Origin: a bacterium
GTDB lineage: Bacteria > Patescibacteriota > Saccharimonadia > Saccharimonadales > JAUPVS01
NCBI GenBank assembly: GCA_029780855.1
Contig: JAKOXV010000018.1
Coordinates: 118,104 to 182,103, forward strand
Direction of reading: 5' to 3'
DNA length: 64,000 nucleotides
Made by a program: the position numbers and the translations under genes. The notes beneath the pieces were generated by a model. It was not told the origin of the DNA. It did no database searches and saw nothing but the letters and a program-made list of their open reading frames with translations. Position 1 is the first letter of the stretch; the number at the start of each line of letters is the position of its first letter. Positions 47,354-56,973 of this stretch are shown here, piece by piece.

Positions 47354-48688
47354 ATGAAGATAGCTATTTTAGGGTTTGCGGGGCAAGGACAGAGCGCATA
47401 TGAATATTGGAGTTCTCCAGAAAACCAAATAACTATTTGTGATGCAAACGAACAGACAGTTGTTCCAGAAGGTGTCTCCGGACGGCTTGGCCCCGATTAC
47501 CTTAAAGATCTGGAGGGATTTGATCTGCTTGTCAGAACACCTGCCCTACATCCTAAAGATATCCAAGACGCAAATCCTGATTCACCAAACATCCTACAAA
47601 AAGTCACTACCGTAACGAACGAGTTTTTTCGAGTTTCCCCCAGTAAAAACATCATAGGAGTAACCGGAACAAAGGGAAAAGGCACCACCAGTAGCCTCAT
47701 CACCAGGCTTTTACAAGCCGCCGGTAAAACGGTGCACCTTGGTGGCAATATTGGCATACCGCCTCTTGATTTACTCAAGGATGGGATTGCCGAAGATCAC
47801 TGGGTTGTCCTGGAGTTGGCAAATTTCCAATTAATCGATCTAGGCTTCTCACCAAAAATAGGCGTTTGTTTAATGGTGGTGCCTGAACACCTTAACTGGC
47901 ATGCTGATATGGATGAATACATCCGTGCCAAACAGGGAATGTTCAAACATCAAACTGTGCACGACTTGGCAATATTCAATAGGAACAATGCGCATTCCAA
48001 AGACGTAGTGAGCGTTTCACCAGCAACAAAAGTTTCCTACGAAGTTCCCGGTCCTGGTGCCGCCCCGCATGATTCAACCGGGGCTTACGTTAAAGATGAT
48101 ATTATCCATATGAATGATACAGCCATTTGTCACGTTGGCGATGTAGCACTACTCGGCCGTCATAACTTAGAAAATGTTTGTGCCGCAATCGCTGCAACAT
48201 GGGAGTTGATAGGGCAAAACACAGAGCTAATTAAAAAAACACTAGAACACTTTACAGGACTAGAACACCGCTTAGAAAAAGTACGGGAAGTAAATGGGGT
48301 AACGTATTACGATGATTCTTTTGGTACCACGCCAGAAACTGCAATTGTAGCCATTCAGGCATTTGACCAGCCAAAAGTTTTAATTTTGGGAGGTTCAGAT
48401 AAGGGTGCTACATATGAGGAACTTGCCCAAGTTATTACCAGTCACAATGTCCGCCATGTACTCGTAATAGGTGAAACGAGTCAGGCAATTAAGTCAGCAC
48501 TTGACGCTGCCGGTTTCTCAGACTATTCGGACGGCGGCACTTCAATGGCCGAAATAATTGAGAAGGCTGCGACACTATCGCAAAAAGGAGATGTCGTGCT
48601 GCTCTCCACTGCTTGTGCTAGTTTCGATATGTTTAAAAACTACAAAGATCGCGGCGAACAATTCAAAAGCGTCGTTAAAGGTCTGTGA
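47354..48688 (+). CDS. murD: UDP-N-acetylmuramoylalanine--D-glutamate ligase
   Basis: 444 aa from ATG 47354 (MKIAILGFAGQGQS). Mur-ligase P-loop GVTGTKGKGTT. The track start at 47300 lies inside the response-regulator gene. Confidence 0.9.
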   Translation: MKIAILGFAGQGQSAYEYWSSPENQITICDANEQTVVPEGVSGRLGPDYLKDLEGFDLLVRTPALHPKDIQDANPDSPNILQKVTTVTNEFFRVSPSKNIIGVTGTKGKGTTSSLITRLLQAAGKTVHLGGNIGIPPLDLLKDGIAEDHWVVLELANFQLIDLGFSPKIGVCLMVVPEHLNWHADMDEYIRAKQGMFKHQTVHDLAIFNRNNAHSKDVVSVSPATKVSYEVPGPGAAPHDSTGAYVKDDIIHMNDTAICHVGDVALLGRHNLENVCAAIAATWELIGQNTELIKKTLEHFTGLEHRLEKVREVNGVTYYDDSFGTTPETAIVAIQAFDQPKVLILGGSDKGATYEELAQVITSHNVRHVLVIGETSQAIKSALDAAGFSDYSDGGTSMAEIIEKAATLSQKGDVVLLSTACASFDMFKNYKDRGEQFKSVVKGL

Positions 48689-49322
48689 GTACGTGCTTTA
48701 ACCGTTGCACCACAGCTTCTTCTGGCTGTATAACCATTGCTCTGTCATCTGCCACTTCTTTGATAATGTCTTCTATCCAGTGGTAATGCGTACAGGCCAG
48801 AACGATTACATCGGCACCGGCTTGGCAGGCTTTTTCAATACGGTCTTGCACATGACTACGATCAATCTGTTTAGATTCGATTAAATAACTCCAATCACTG
48901 CAATCCGGTTCGATAACCGTTACGCCCTCAGCATACGTCTTTTTAAGTTCGTGGTATCGATTACTCGAAAGCGTAGTTGGCGTTGCGCATACAGCTATAA
49001 CTCCCGATTTTGTAAGGGCGGCAGCTGGTTTTACCATAGGTTCTATACCTACAAGAGGAACTGTCAGCTCCGTTCGCAACCTACTAATCAAGGTGGTCGT
49101 AACCGTGTTGCAAGCAATAACAATTACATCACATTGTTTACTTAACTTGTTAAGTATGGGAAGGACTAGTTCGTGTAGTTTTTCAGGTGATTTATTTCCG
49201 TACGGTATGTTTTTGGAATCACTTACATAGAGTACTTCACTACCTGGGAACGCCTTCGTGATCGCGTTGGCTACAGATTCACCCCCCACACCAGAATCAA
49301 AAACGCCTATCTTAATCTTCAT
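48675..49322 (-). CDS. murI: glutamate racemase
   Basis: 215 aa from ATG 49322 (MKIKIGVFDSGVGG). Catalytic Cys motifs IACNT and LACTHY. Confidence 0.9.
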   Translation of the reverse strand: MKIKIGVFDSGVGGESVANAITKAFPGSEVLYVSDSKNIPYGNKSPEKLHELVLPILNKLSKQCDVIVIACNTVTTTLISRLRTELTVPLVGIEPMVKPAAALTKSGVIAVCATPTTLSSNRYHELKKTYAEGVTVIEPDCSDWSYLIESKQIDRSHVQDRIEKACQAGADVIVLACTHYHWIEDIIKEVADDRAMVIQPEEAVVQRLKHVLTDL

Positions 49323-49956
49323 AGTAACCACCACTTTCAGCTACCATCATAGCGGTAGGCAGATTTACGAGCGACTCAACCCTGAAAGGTACTGTCACGT
49401 GTGCTGGCACTGCTTTACCATTGCTTGTAAACATATATTCGAAAGACTGTTCTGGTGTACGAATACCCATAACGTCTTCCCCTCTGTCCAGTATCGCCAC
49501 CGCACCAATAACTCTGTCTATTCCTATGAACTGTGCGTATTTAAGCGTCGATACCCTGGTAGAAATAACATCTTCCGTCACTATGATCCGTTTTGCTTCA
49601 GTAAACGCCTCTCGTATATCGTGGGACCAGGCTTTAGTTCCTACCATATAGTTTCCGTTTTTGGCCATAAACCTAGCAAACGGTACACCGAGCTCACTTG
49701 CTACCGGCTCGCCCCAGCGATTTGCACCATTTGGAACGGCACTGAGCAAATCCGGTTGCGCCCGTTCACAAATAGCAGCCAATGCCCGCACAATCATTGC
49801 AAATTCAGGACTGTCTTCAGCTATTTTTTCCAGGTTGTACTTAAGGTTGGCTTCTATTCCAGAGGCAGCCGTAAAGACCGATCGCTCAATACAATCGTAG
49901 TTTGCCAATCCACTGAATACCGCATCACGGCCCTGTTCTAAGGCTAGTGAGCGCAT
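49312..49956 (-). CDS. phosphoribosyltransferase family protein (orotate PRTase-like)
   Basis: 214 aa. PRPP-binding-like motif RIIVTEDVISTRVS. Substrate assignment uncertain. Confidence 0.6.
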   Translation of the reverse strand: MRSLALEQGRDAVFSGLANYDCIERSVFTAASGIEANLKYNLEKIAEDSPEFAMIVRALAAICERAQPDLLSAVPNGANRWGEPVASELGVPFARFMAKNGNYMVGTKAWSHDIREAFTEAKRIIVTEDVISTRVSTLKYAQFIGIDRVIGAVAILDRGEDVMGIRTPEQSFEYMFTSNGKAVPAHVTVPFRVESLVNLPTAMMVAESGGYYED

Positions 49957-50765
49957 TACGCAACCGTCTCCCTGGCGGCACGAATAACGTTATCAAACAG
50001 AGCGCATACCGTGAGCGGTCCCACACCGCCTTTTTTAGGCGTAATAGTCAAATCTTCTCGCTCATAGACTTCGTCAGCCAAATCACCTACCGTCTTACCC
50101 TCTTCACTTGCAACTCCAGCATCCACAACTACCGCCCCCTGCTTGATCATGTCGGAATAAAGGATTGCTGGACTACCGGTAGCAGTGATTATCACGTCTG
50201 CTTCTTGGGTTAAACTGCTCAGGTCTTTTACCGACCGATCAGCAACTTCCACATCCAGTTCAGCAGACTTGAGTATCTGCTCAAGGGGTTGACCGACCAA
50301 TTTGCCGCGACCGATAAGCAAAATATGCTTACCAGGTAGATTTACATTGTAGCCCGCTAAAAGCCACATGATTGCCATGGGGGTAGCCGGGTCATACACA
50401 GCATCTTTTCCCAATGCATCAACATCTTTTGTCGGAGCAACTAGATTTACGATCTTGTCAGTTTCTGCCGGATCAGTAAGCGGTAGTTGCACAATAACGC
50501 CGTGCACCGACGTGTCGGCATTAAGCTTTCCGATAAGCTCGGGAATCTCCGACTGCTGAACGCGATGAACGTCAACATCAATCAAGATATCTGCACCGTA
50601 TTGTTTTTTTAGGCGAACATAGGTATTTATGACCGGGTCATCTTTTGCTTGTATGATAGCGAGTTTAGGGTGGACGTTTTTCGCCTGTCGCAAAGCCCGT
50701 ACCTGCTTTGCTTGCCGTTCCTTTATATAGCCGGCAAGTTCACTTCCGTTGAGAATCTTTGTCAT
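49956..50765 (-). CDS. folD: bifunctional methylenetetrahydrofolate dehydrogenase/cyclohydrolase
   Basis: 269 aa. GRGKLVGQPL and PKKGGVGPLTVCALFDN motifs. Confidence 0.9.
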   Translation of the reverse strand: MTKILNGSELAGYIKERQAKQVRALRQAKNVHPKLAIIQAKDDPVINTYVRLKKQYGADILIDVDVHRVQQSEIPELIGKLNADTSVHGVIVQLPLTDPAETDKIVNLVAPTKDVDALGKDAVYDPATPMAIMWLLAGYNVNLPGKHILLIGRGKLVGQPLEQILKSAELDVEVADRSVKDLSSLTQEADVIITATGSPAILYSDMIKQGAVVVDAGVASEEGKTVGDLADEVYEREDLTITPKKGGVGPLTVCALFDNVIRAARETVA

Positions 50766-50831
50766 CAGGGGTCATTGTACCATAAAAACAGAGAGGCATA
50801 CGCCTCTCTGAAAATCTGAAAACAATACGTT

Positions 50832-51308
50832 CTATTGTGATGCGTTGTTACCAGCCGCCGTTCCGCCAATACCCGTAACGTTTTTTGGACCGACATACTT
50901 AGCATCGCCAAATCCGAGCATCGGAAAACCGATAAACGGCAAAAGAAGAAGCAGTACCGCATAGGCTCCTGATTTACCGAACGCATATGCAACTTCGATA
51001 ATAATGAGCACTTCTACGATCAGTGCCAATATGCCACCGATGAAAGGAATTATCCCCAGTAGAGGAGCAAGGCCCCACCAGCCTGGTTTGCCAGCAATCT
51101 CTGCAAGCACCCATGTGTTATATATCGGAATAATGGCTGCCCAGCCTGGTTTGCCAGCCTTTACAAAAACTTTCCACATTCCAACGATGACCACTACTGC
51201 AACAGCTAACCAGATCAGCAAAAAGACACCAGTAAAGATACCAGATCCTGACCCGCTTGAGTTAGTACTGTAGTTGTACGAATACGTTTGTGCTAATACG
51301 TCGAGCAT
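50832..51308 (-). CDS. DUF5684-like membrane protein
   Basis: 158 aa. VFVKAGKPGWAAIIPIYNTWVLAEIAGKPGWWG is typical of that family (from memory). Confidence 0.65.
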   Translation of the reverse strand: MLDVLAQTYSYNYSTNSSGSGSGIFTGVFLLIWLAVAVVVIVGMWKVFVKAGKPGWAAIIPIYNTWVLAEIAGKPGWWGLAPLLGIIPFIGGILALIVEVLIIIEVAYAFGKSGAYAVLLLLLPFIGFPMLGFGDAKYVGPKNVTGIGGTAAGNNASQ

Positions 51309-51368
51309 TGTAACCCCCTGTGTTATGTATTAGTTACAATTATACAGCAGAATCTCAATAAAATATGC

Positions 51369-51683
51369 TTATGCTTCGTTTTTGTAATATTTTTTACCGA
51401 AGCGTATGACATCCCACAAAAGTAACGGCAATCCAACCGCCAAAACCAAATAAATCAGCCAATTCCGATGCCATGCGGCAGCAAAGTCCCCATGAAGAAC
51501 CAACCAGTAAGCGCGGGTAAGTCCAATCGAGGGAGCCCAGGTTATTCCCAGTCGTTTCCAAAGCGACAGATTGTCTAACCAATGGTAACGGCTTACATAT
51601 ACGGCTACCGTTATCACTCCAAAAAAGATCAGCCTTCCTCTTGGCGAGCGAAGACTGATCGTTTCAAGCACGAGTTCTTTCAT
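51369..51683 (-). CDS. small membrane protein, DUF2752-like
   Basis: 104 aa. GLTRAYWLVLHGDFAAAWHRNWL resembles the DUF2752 core but lacks the Cys pairs. Confidence 0.5.
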   Translation of the reverse strand: MKELVLETISLRSPRGRLIFFGVITVAVYVSRYHWLDNLSLWKRLGITWAPSIGLTRAYWLVLHGDFAAAWHRNWLIYLVLAVGLPLLLWDVIRFGKKYYKNEA

Positions 51684-51694
51684 AAAAAATCGTT

Positions 51695-51943
51695 TTAGTG
51701 CTTAAGCGGACGACCCTGTGAATCAGGGAGTTTATCGGTAGCGATTAAGATTACATCAATTAGCCACCATATACCACATCCACCGCCGGTGAGCAGCTTC
51801 AGAATACCAAGACCGACATAGCCCATATAAAAGCGATCTATTCCGAACTGACCCAAAAAGATCGACAGCAGCAGCGCCACCATAAATTCCTTTGGTTGCT
51901 GGTTCGCTGGTGCAACTGGTGCTTGTTGTGTTGTATCTGCCAT
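51695..51943 (-). CDS. TM2 domain-containing membrane protein
   Basis: 82 aa from ATG 51943 (MADTTQQAP). FLGQFGIDRFYMGYVGLGILKLLTGGGCGIWWLIDVI is the TM2 pattern. Confidence 0.8.
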   Translation of the reverse strand: MADTTQQAPVAPANQQPKEFMVALLLSIFLGQFGIDRFYMGYVGLGILKLLTGGGCGIWWLIDVILIATDKLPDSQGRPLKH

Positions 51944-52008
51944 ATTTTTCCCTTGTTTAGTGTATTTAGGAACTACTATACCAGAAGGGTCTGGCGATAC
52001 TAAGCATA

Positions 52009-52037
52009 TTGAAAACAACAGAGGTATATGCTAGAAT
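52009..52037 (+). promoter_or_regulatory. candidate promoter for tRNA-Lys
   Basis: TTGAAA (52009-52014), 17-nt spacer, TAGAAT (52032-52037), about 40 nt upstream of the tRNA. Confidence 0.45.
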
Positions 52038-52079
52038 TGCTTAGTTTTCATAAACCGTTTTTACTTCCATAGTAATTGC

Positions 52080-52156
52080 GGGCCATTAGCTCAGCTGGTT
52101 AGAGCAGCGGCCTCTTAAGCCGCGTGTCCTGGGTTCGAGTCCCAGATGGCCCTCCA
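52080..52156 (+). tRNA. tRNA-Lys (anticodon CUU), CCA encoded
   Basis: Manual cloverleaf: GGGCCAT TA GCTC AGCTGGTTA GAGC A GCGGC CTCTTAA GCCGC GTGTC CTGGG TTCGAGT CCCAG ATGGCCC T CCA. Confidence 0.92.
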
Positions 52157-53706
52157 TTTGTAATACCAGATTCGAAGAAAGCACTTTCAGGTGCTTTTTT
52201 TGATGACTTGTATCTATAGATTGGGCTCAAACTTGGGGTTTTAACTTTTCCATCACGATGAATTTGTAAACCATCTAAAAATAACATGTCTTTTAACCTT
52301 ATCCTGTCATCAACCTCTTCAGATAACCACCAATTATCTTTCAGGTGGTCAATGTAATCGATTGAGAACCTGACAAACTCATTAAAATCACTTTCGATAT
52401 CCTCCGCAGCAGTTATTTGAGTTTGAACATCTGAGATCTCGCTTTTAATGTTCGTTATAGAAGTTTTGAAATCACTTGCCAGGTCTGGATTGATGGCCAT
52501 TGAGCGAACAAGGCTATCTTTTTGTTGCTCAAGTGCAGTTAGTTTTTGCTTGAGCCTCCTTACATTTTGAATATTATCCTCAACACTAGCTTCCCACGCA
52601 CTGCGCATTGTTTTCAGGAACACACCCTTATCATCGACTATAAGCTCAATATTATCGAATATTCTATCGATCCCTGCGTGGATTTTTTCTTTGCGACTGT
52701 TTTTTATGCAGCCACGACAGCGGTATCTCTCGTAATACTTGCGGACTTCTGGTCGTTTGCCGTTGTGATGCCTATATCCAACCAAATGTGTTTCTCTGCG
52801 ACCCTCTGAGGTGCACTCAGCACATACAATTATATTACTGGCAGGAAATAGTGGATTGTATTTTTTTACAGAAAACTTTTTTCGTCTGCCTGAGACAATT
52901 TCAACAAGTCTATTATGTTCATCTACTGTAATCATTGCTTGGTGCAGCCCCTTTTGACATATCACATCCCAATTGCTCATTTTTATAATGCCTGCATAGT
53001 AGGGTTCTTGTAATATACGTTTCAACTTGTGCATATCAATTGGTCTACCACCCAACAAGCGATAGCCATTGTCAGTTAGCCAGAGTAATGCGTCATCCAA
53101 CGAATAAGCTTCATATAGGATTTTCTTCATAACTGTTTGCAGCAACGACCATTGTGGTTCTCTGGGGATATGCAATGAAGCAACTTCAGATTTTTTGTAT
53201 CCTTGGTGCACCATTCCTGGATAGTATCCTTGTTTAATCTTTGCCTGCATTTTTTCTGTGGCCTTTGTGATACGCTCATGGTTGCTCATTTCTGCTTGGA
53301 AAAATGCCATCATCTCACGCATAACAGACATTGGGTTGTCCTCGTGGGTGATTTCTGGCATGTTTGCGTATGCAAGGTATACGTTTATTGTTTTAAACTG
53401 TACCTTCCACCAATACGCCTCCTCTATCGAGCGCATAAATCGATCTGCTTCGTCCACGATTATGTATCGTATAGACTTATCTTTTTTACATACCTCAAAC
53501 ATCTCATTCAAATCTTTTCGTGCAATGTTTTTGCCCTTACGACTGGATGTGTCCAGTGACCATAGACCATTTTTAGGGTCGATGCGGGAGTCTAGATATT
53601 CAGCGCATTCATAGACACGCATTTCTTGTGCTTCTAAACTACTGCCTTCTAATCGTTGCTTTTTAGTTGATACGCGGCAAAGTGCAATTGCCTTGTAAGT
53701 TGCCAT
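52099..53706 (-). CDS. large serine recombinase (integrase)
   Basis: 535 aa. N-terminal resolvase catalytic region AIALCRVSTKKQ, a recombinase domain, a Cys-rich zinc ribbon (CAECTSEGRR...YRCRGC) and a coiled coil. The last 19 codons are antisense to tRNA-Lys. Confidence 0.9.
   Translation of the reverse strand: MATYKAIALCRVSTKKQRLEGSSLEAQEMRVYECAEYLDSRIDPKNGLWSLDTSSRKGKNIARKDLNEMFEVCKKDKSIRYIIVDEADRFMRSIEEAYWWKVQFKTINVYLAYANMPEITHEDNPMSVMREMMAFFQAEMSNHERITKATEKMQAKIKQGYYPGMVHQGYKKSEVASLHIPREPQWSLLQTVMKKILYEAYSLDDALLWLTDNGYRLLGGRPIDMHKLKRILQEPYYAGIIKMSNWDVICQKGLHQAMITVDEHNRLVEIVSGRRKKFSVKKYNPLFPASNIIVCAECTSEGRRETHLVGYRHHNGKRPEVRKYYERYRCRGCIKNSRKEKIHAGIDRIFDNIELIVDDKGVFLKTMRSAWEASVEDNIQNVRRLKQKLTALEQQKDSLVRSMAINPDLASDFKTSITNIKSEISDVQTQITAAEDIESDFNEFVRFSIDYIDHLKDNWWLSEEVDDRIRLKDMLFLDGLQIHRDGKVKTPSLSPIYRYKSSKKAPESAFFESGITNGGPSGTRTQDTRLKRPLL
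52178..52201 (+). terminator. island-supplied terminator for tRNA-Lys
   Basis: AAAGCAC-TTTCAG-GTGCTTT followed by TTTTTG. It lies inside the 3' end of the antisense recombinase ORF. Confidence 0.5.
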
Positions 53707-53835
53707 ACTTTTTTACCTTTCCTTTGATATAAAAGGCGCCTCGCAAGGTACTCCGTATGACAGGATTAGACGAGGCGCCCTTAACATCAAAGACGATTTA
53801 GCCATACTTGTACCTTTATATATTTTATTATATAG

Positions 53836-53949
53836 CTAGTTTTTTGTAACCTTCTTTTCACTATATTTTCTTAGCAGGAAACTAGCTAGGGCAGCATACG
53901 CAGCTTCAATCTCAGCTTTAGTAGGCTGCCCTGGTTTTTGTTTTGGCAT
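53836..53949 (-). CDS. possible 37-aa ORF translationally coupled (TAATG) to the upstream 89-aa ORF
   Basis: MPKQKPGQPTKAEIEAAYAALASFLLRKYSEKKVTKN. The start overlaps the upstream stop by 1 nt. There is no other support. Confidence 0.25.
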   Translation of the reverse strand: MPKQKPGQPTKAEIEAAYAALASFLLRKYSEKKVTKN

Positions 53950-54218
53950 TAAGGGATTCTTTTGAGGGTTTTTCTCAATAGTTCCTTACTACGCTCAAAC
54001 TGTTCATGTTCGTATGCGTAGATGTTAAGTCTGGTCGCTTCAGTATCTCTGAACATCCAAACAATGTCGTAGTTTTTAACCAATGCCCTAACGTAATCTT
54101 CCTCACGCTCTGTAAGCAATATCTCCACTAAGGCTGGTTCATCTATACGGAGCCATTTCCTCCGGTTAGACTTTTTTTGATTTGATAGTTTTGTATTAAT
54201 GGTTGTAAGATCTGCCAT
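53949..54218 (-). CDS. island-borne small protein, hypothetical (candidate regulator/directionality factor)
   Basis: 89 aa from ATG 54218, preceded by AAAGGAG SD (MADLTTINTKLSNQKKSNRRKWLRIDEPALVEIL...). The track start at 54335 lacks an SD. Confidence 0.55.
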   Translation of the reverse strand: MADLTTINTKLSNQKKSNRRKWLRIDEPALVEILLTEREEDYVRALVKNYDIVWMFRDTEATRLNIYAYEHEQFERSKELLRKTLKRIP

Positions 54219-54888
54219 TTGGCACTCCTTTAATACAAAAACCAATAAACAGTTGTCTGTTCTTAATGCATGACAAAAAATGCCAATTAAGAAGAAACAT
54301 GTATTTATTGATTGCTGTCTGCGGCTGGTATCCATAGGACTGGGTTGATTCCCTCAGTCGCAGCTGTTCTTCGATGATTTTTGTGAAATTATTTAATATT
54401 GCCTAATTTTTAACGTGCGCAGCACCTTGTTTTTGGAGCTGGTACAATCAAATTAGCATCCAAAATAAGTACTTGCAAACGTTGCATTAACTATTTTGTA
54501 ATATACGTTTTAAATACAAATTATTCGGTATCAAGAAATTGAACAAAAATATTTTTGTTGTGTTATCTATAACATTACGCTTTAAGACCACAGCACTGGC
54601 TGGCTTTAGCGATACCTTGGTTGCATTTCAATTATTATAAAAATAATGATTATTCTAATGCTCTCCATCAAGACACCACGCTCGAGTGTGAATATTTAAT
54701 ATAAAATCAAAATTAGGCTCACGAACATGCACAAGACATGTTTCGTCTAAAAGTGTAAGCTACATTGCAATCAAAACACAAATTAATCAAGCGCACTTAA
54801 AATGCACGAGAGACTATTATTAACATCTGTTATATGTCATAATTTACAATGAATAATACAGTTACAACTAACGCGCGTTGAGAATTAT

Positions 54889-56973
54889 ATGAAGCTGAAC
54901 GAAGATGATATAGAGTTTTTGATTGAAAGTCTCAAAAGTGGACGAGAACTACCGCTAGAGTATAAGTATGCATTGTTTCCAACAAAGCAGAAAGAATACG
55001 AGCTTGTTTACGCTGGCAAAATGCGAAAAGAAGATGTCCTTGCTGATAATGATGAGGCTAAAGCAGTTCCACTTCAAATCGAAAAATCTTTTACTCTTGA
55101 CGCTGAGCCAATATCTGAGAATTGGTCAAACATACTAACTTTTGGAGACAACCTACAATTACTTAAAACAATATATAAAAATGAAGATCCTATAATCAAA
55201 GATAAAATTAAGGGCAAAGTTAACCTAATTTATATTGATCCACCTTTTGGTACTGGTGATAAATATGACGGGTCTAAAGGCCAAAGTGCATATAGTGCTA
55301 GAAAAAAAGGTGCGGACTTTGTCGAATTTCTCAGAAGAAGACTTATATTGCTCAGAGAAATACTTGCAGATGACGGTTCGATTATGGTTAGGATTGACTA
55401 TCACTTTGGACATTATGTAAAAGTTGTTCTGGATGAGGTTTTTGGTAGGGGAAATTTTAAAAATGAAATTATTATTAATCGATTCAAAAGACAGTTAAGA
55501 GATCTAGATCAGTTCAATCACGCAACCGATACCATTTTTTTCTATGGCAAGACAGAAAATTCAAAGTTCAATGAAGTTGATATAGCAAGACTGTGTGCAT
55601 TTTGTGGATCCGAAAGGGATCCACAATGGGGAAGGATGCATTCAGGTGGACTACGAAATCCTCCCGAAAGAACAATTTTAGGAAAGACTTTACTACCCCC
55701 AAAAGGACGTCATTGGTCGTATAGACAGGAAAGAATTGACCAACTCGAGAAAGAGGGTCGAATTAGGCTTAACCCAGATATTAAGTACACCGATATTAAG
55801 GGAGAATACCATGTCGGAATGCCTGAATACTTACAAGAGGAAAGAGTACCGGTGGATAATAACTGGACTGATATTAAAGGTTATAAATTTGCTAGCTCCT
55901 ACCCTACTGAAAATCCTGAAGAACTATTGGAGAGAGTGATAAAATCCACAACCGACGAAGGTGACCTTGTTATGGACGTATTCGCAGGAAGTGGCACAAC
56001 TCTTGCGGTTGCTGAAAAACTTAATCGTAGATGGGTTGGGGGTGATGTTGGGAAGCTGTCAATTTATACCATTCAAAAACGATTGCTTGAAATTTCAAAA
56101 TCCAATAGCTTAGTTAAACCAAGCGTTAAATACAAAAAAAATGCATCACCCTTCGTTGTACTCTCATCTGGACTTTATGATTTGGGTTCGGTTTTTGCCT
56201 TAAAAAAAGATGAATACATAGATTTTGCTAAGAGACTATTTGAAGTAGAAGATATAAAAAGTAAGAGCATCGGTGGCATAGAGGTTGATGGCAAGATTAA
56301 AGGAGATTACGTAAAAATATTCCCTTATTGGGATTTAGAGGGCGTCAGTGTTGACAATGAATATGTTCAAAATCTTCATACAAACATTGAAAGTAAAGTT
56401 GGAGACAAATTCTACATTATTGCGCCTGCAAATAACGTAGACTTCATAAGTGATTATCATGAAATTGGAGGGAAGAAGTACTACTTCCTTAAAATCCCAT
56501 ACCAAGTCATAAAAGAACTTCATAAAGTACAGTTCAAAAAGCTTCATCAACCACAGAGCAAAAACCAAATAAATGACCTAGACGAAGCTGTTGGCTTTCA
56601 TTTTGTAAGACCCCCTAAAGTAGTCTCAAAGATATCAAAAGCAAACGAGGATTATCTGCTAGAGATACAGGATTTTCGTCCTGGATATGAAGACAAGGAA
56701 GATATAGACAACAGATTTACGACTCTCTCTATGGTGATAGTTGATTATGACTTCGATGGAAGACAGTTTGTAATGGATGATTACTTCTTTGCAGAAGACT
56801 TGCTTAAGAAAAGTAAGAAAGAACTCGATGATGATGAGATACTAACCAGCCTACAAGAAGAAAAAACTCTAAAAGTTGCATTGCCTAAATTACTGAAAGA
56901 TAAAAAAGTTATGGTTATTTACGTCGACACACATGGTAATGAATTTAGAGAAGTTCTAGAAGCTAAGGAATAA
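54889..56973 (+). CDS. Type III restriction-modification system methyltransferase (Mod, beta-class N6A/N4C MTase)
   Basis: 694 aa. Catalytic motif IV IYIDPPFGTG precedes SAM motif I VMDVFAGSGTTLAVA, which is the beta-class order. 1-nt overlap (TAATG) with res. Confidence 0.85.
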   Translation: MKLNEDDIEFLIESLKSGRELPLEYKYALFPTKQKEYELVYAGKMRKEDVLADNDEAKAVPLQIEKSFTLDAEPISENWSNILTFGDNLQLLKTIYKNEDPIIKDKIKGKVNLIYIDPPFGTGDKYDGSKGQSAYSARKKGADFVEFLRRRLILLREILADDGSIMVRIDYHFGHYVKVVLDEVFGRGNFKNEIIINRFKRQLRDLDQFNHATDTIFFYGKTENSKFNEVDIARLCAFCGSERDPQWGRMHSGGLRNPPERTILGKTLLPPKGRHWSYRQERIDQLEKEGRIRLNPDIKYTDIKGEYHVGMPEYLQEERVPVDNNWTDIKGYKFASSYPTENPEELLERVIKSTTDEGDLVMDVFAGSGTTLAVAEKLNRRWVGGDVGKLSIYTIQKRLLEISKSNSLVKPSVKYKKNASPFVVLSSGLYDLGSVFALKKDEYIDFAKRLFEVEDIKSKSIGGIEVDGKIKGDYVKIFPYWDLEGVSVDNEYVQNLHTNIESKVGDKFYIIAPANNVDFISDYHEIGGKKYYFLKIPYQVIKELHKVQFKKLHQPQSKNQINDLDEAVGFHFVRPPKVVSKISKANEDYLLEIQDFRPGYEDKEDIDNRFTTLSMVIVDYDFDGRQFVMDDYFFAEDLLKKSKKELDDDEILTSLQEEKTLKVALPKLLKDKKVMVIYVDTHGNEFREVLEAKE

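Noticed and set aside
49258-49941. 227-aa plus-strand ORF
   Set aside because: It is fully antisense to the PRTase-family gene, which has a recognisable PRPP-binding motif. Its composition is Cys/His/Phe-rich and non-protein-like.
54436-54453. Sequence TTTTGGAGCTGGTAC inside the island resembling the tmRNA 3'-end repeat; also recurrent TCGAAGAA near all three tRNA/tmRNA junctions
   Set aside because: The similarity needs two gaps. An 8-mer is expected roughly twice by chance in 128 kb of two-strand sequence, so this is not significant without more copies.
56133-56140. A8 homopolymer inside mod as a possible phase-variation tract
   Set aside because: It is short, encodes Lys-Lys-Asn in frame, and no longer simple-sequence repeat is present. 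The evidence for phase variation is insufficient.
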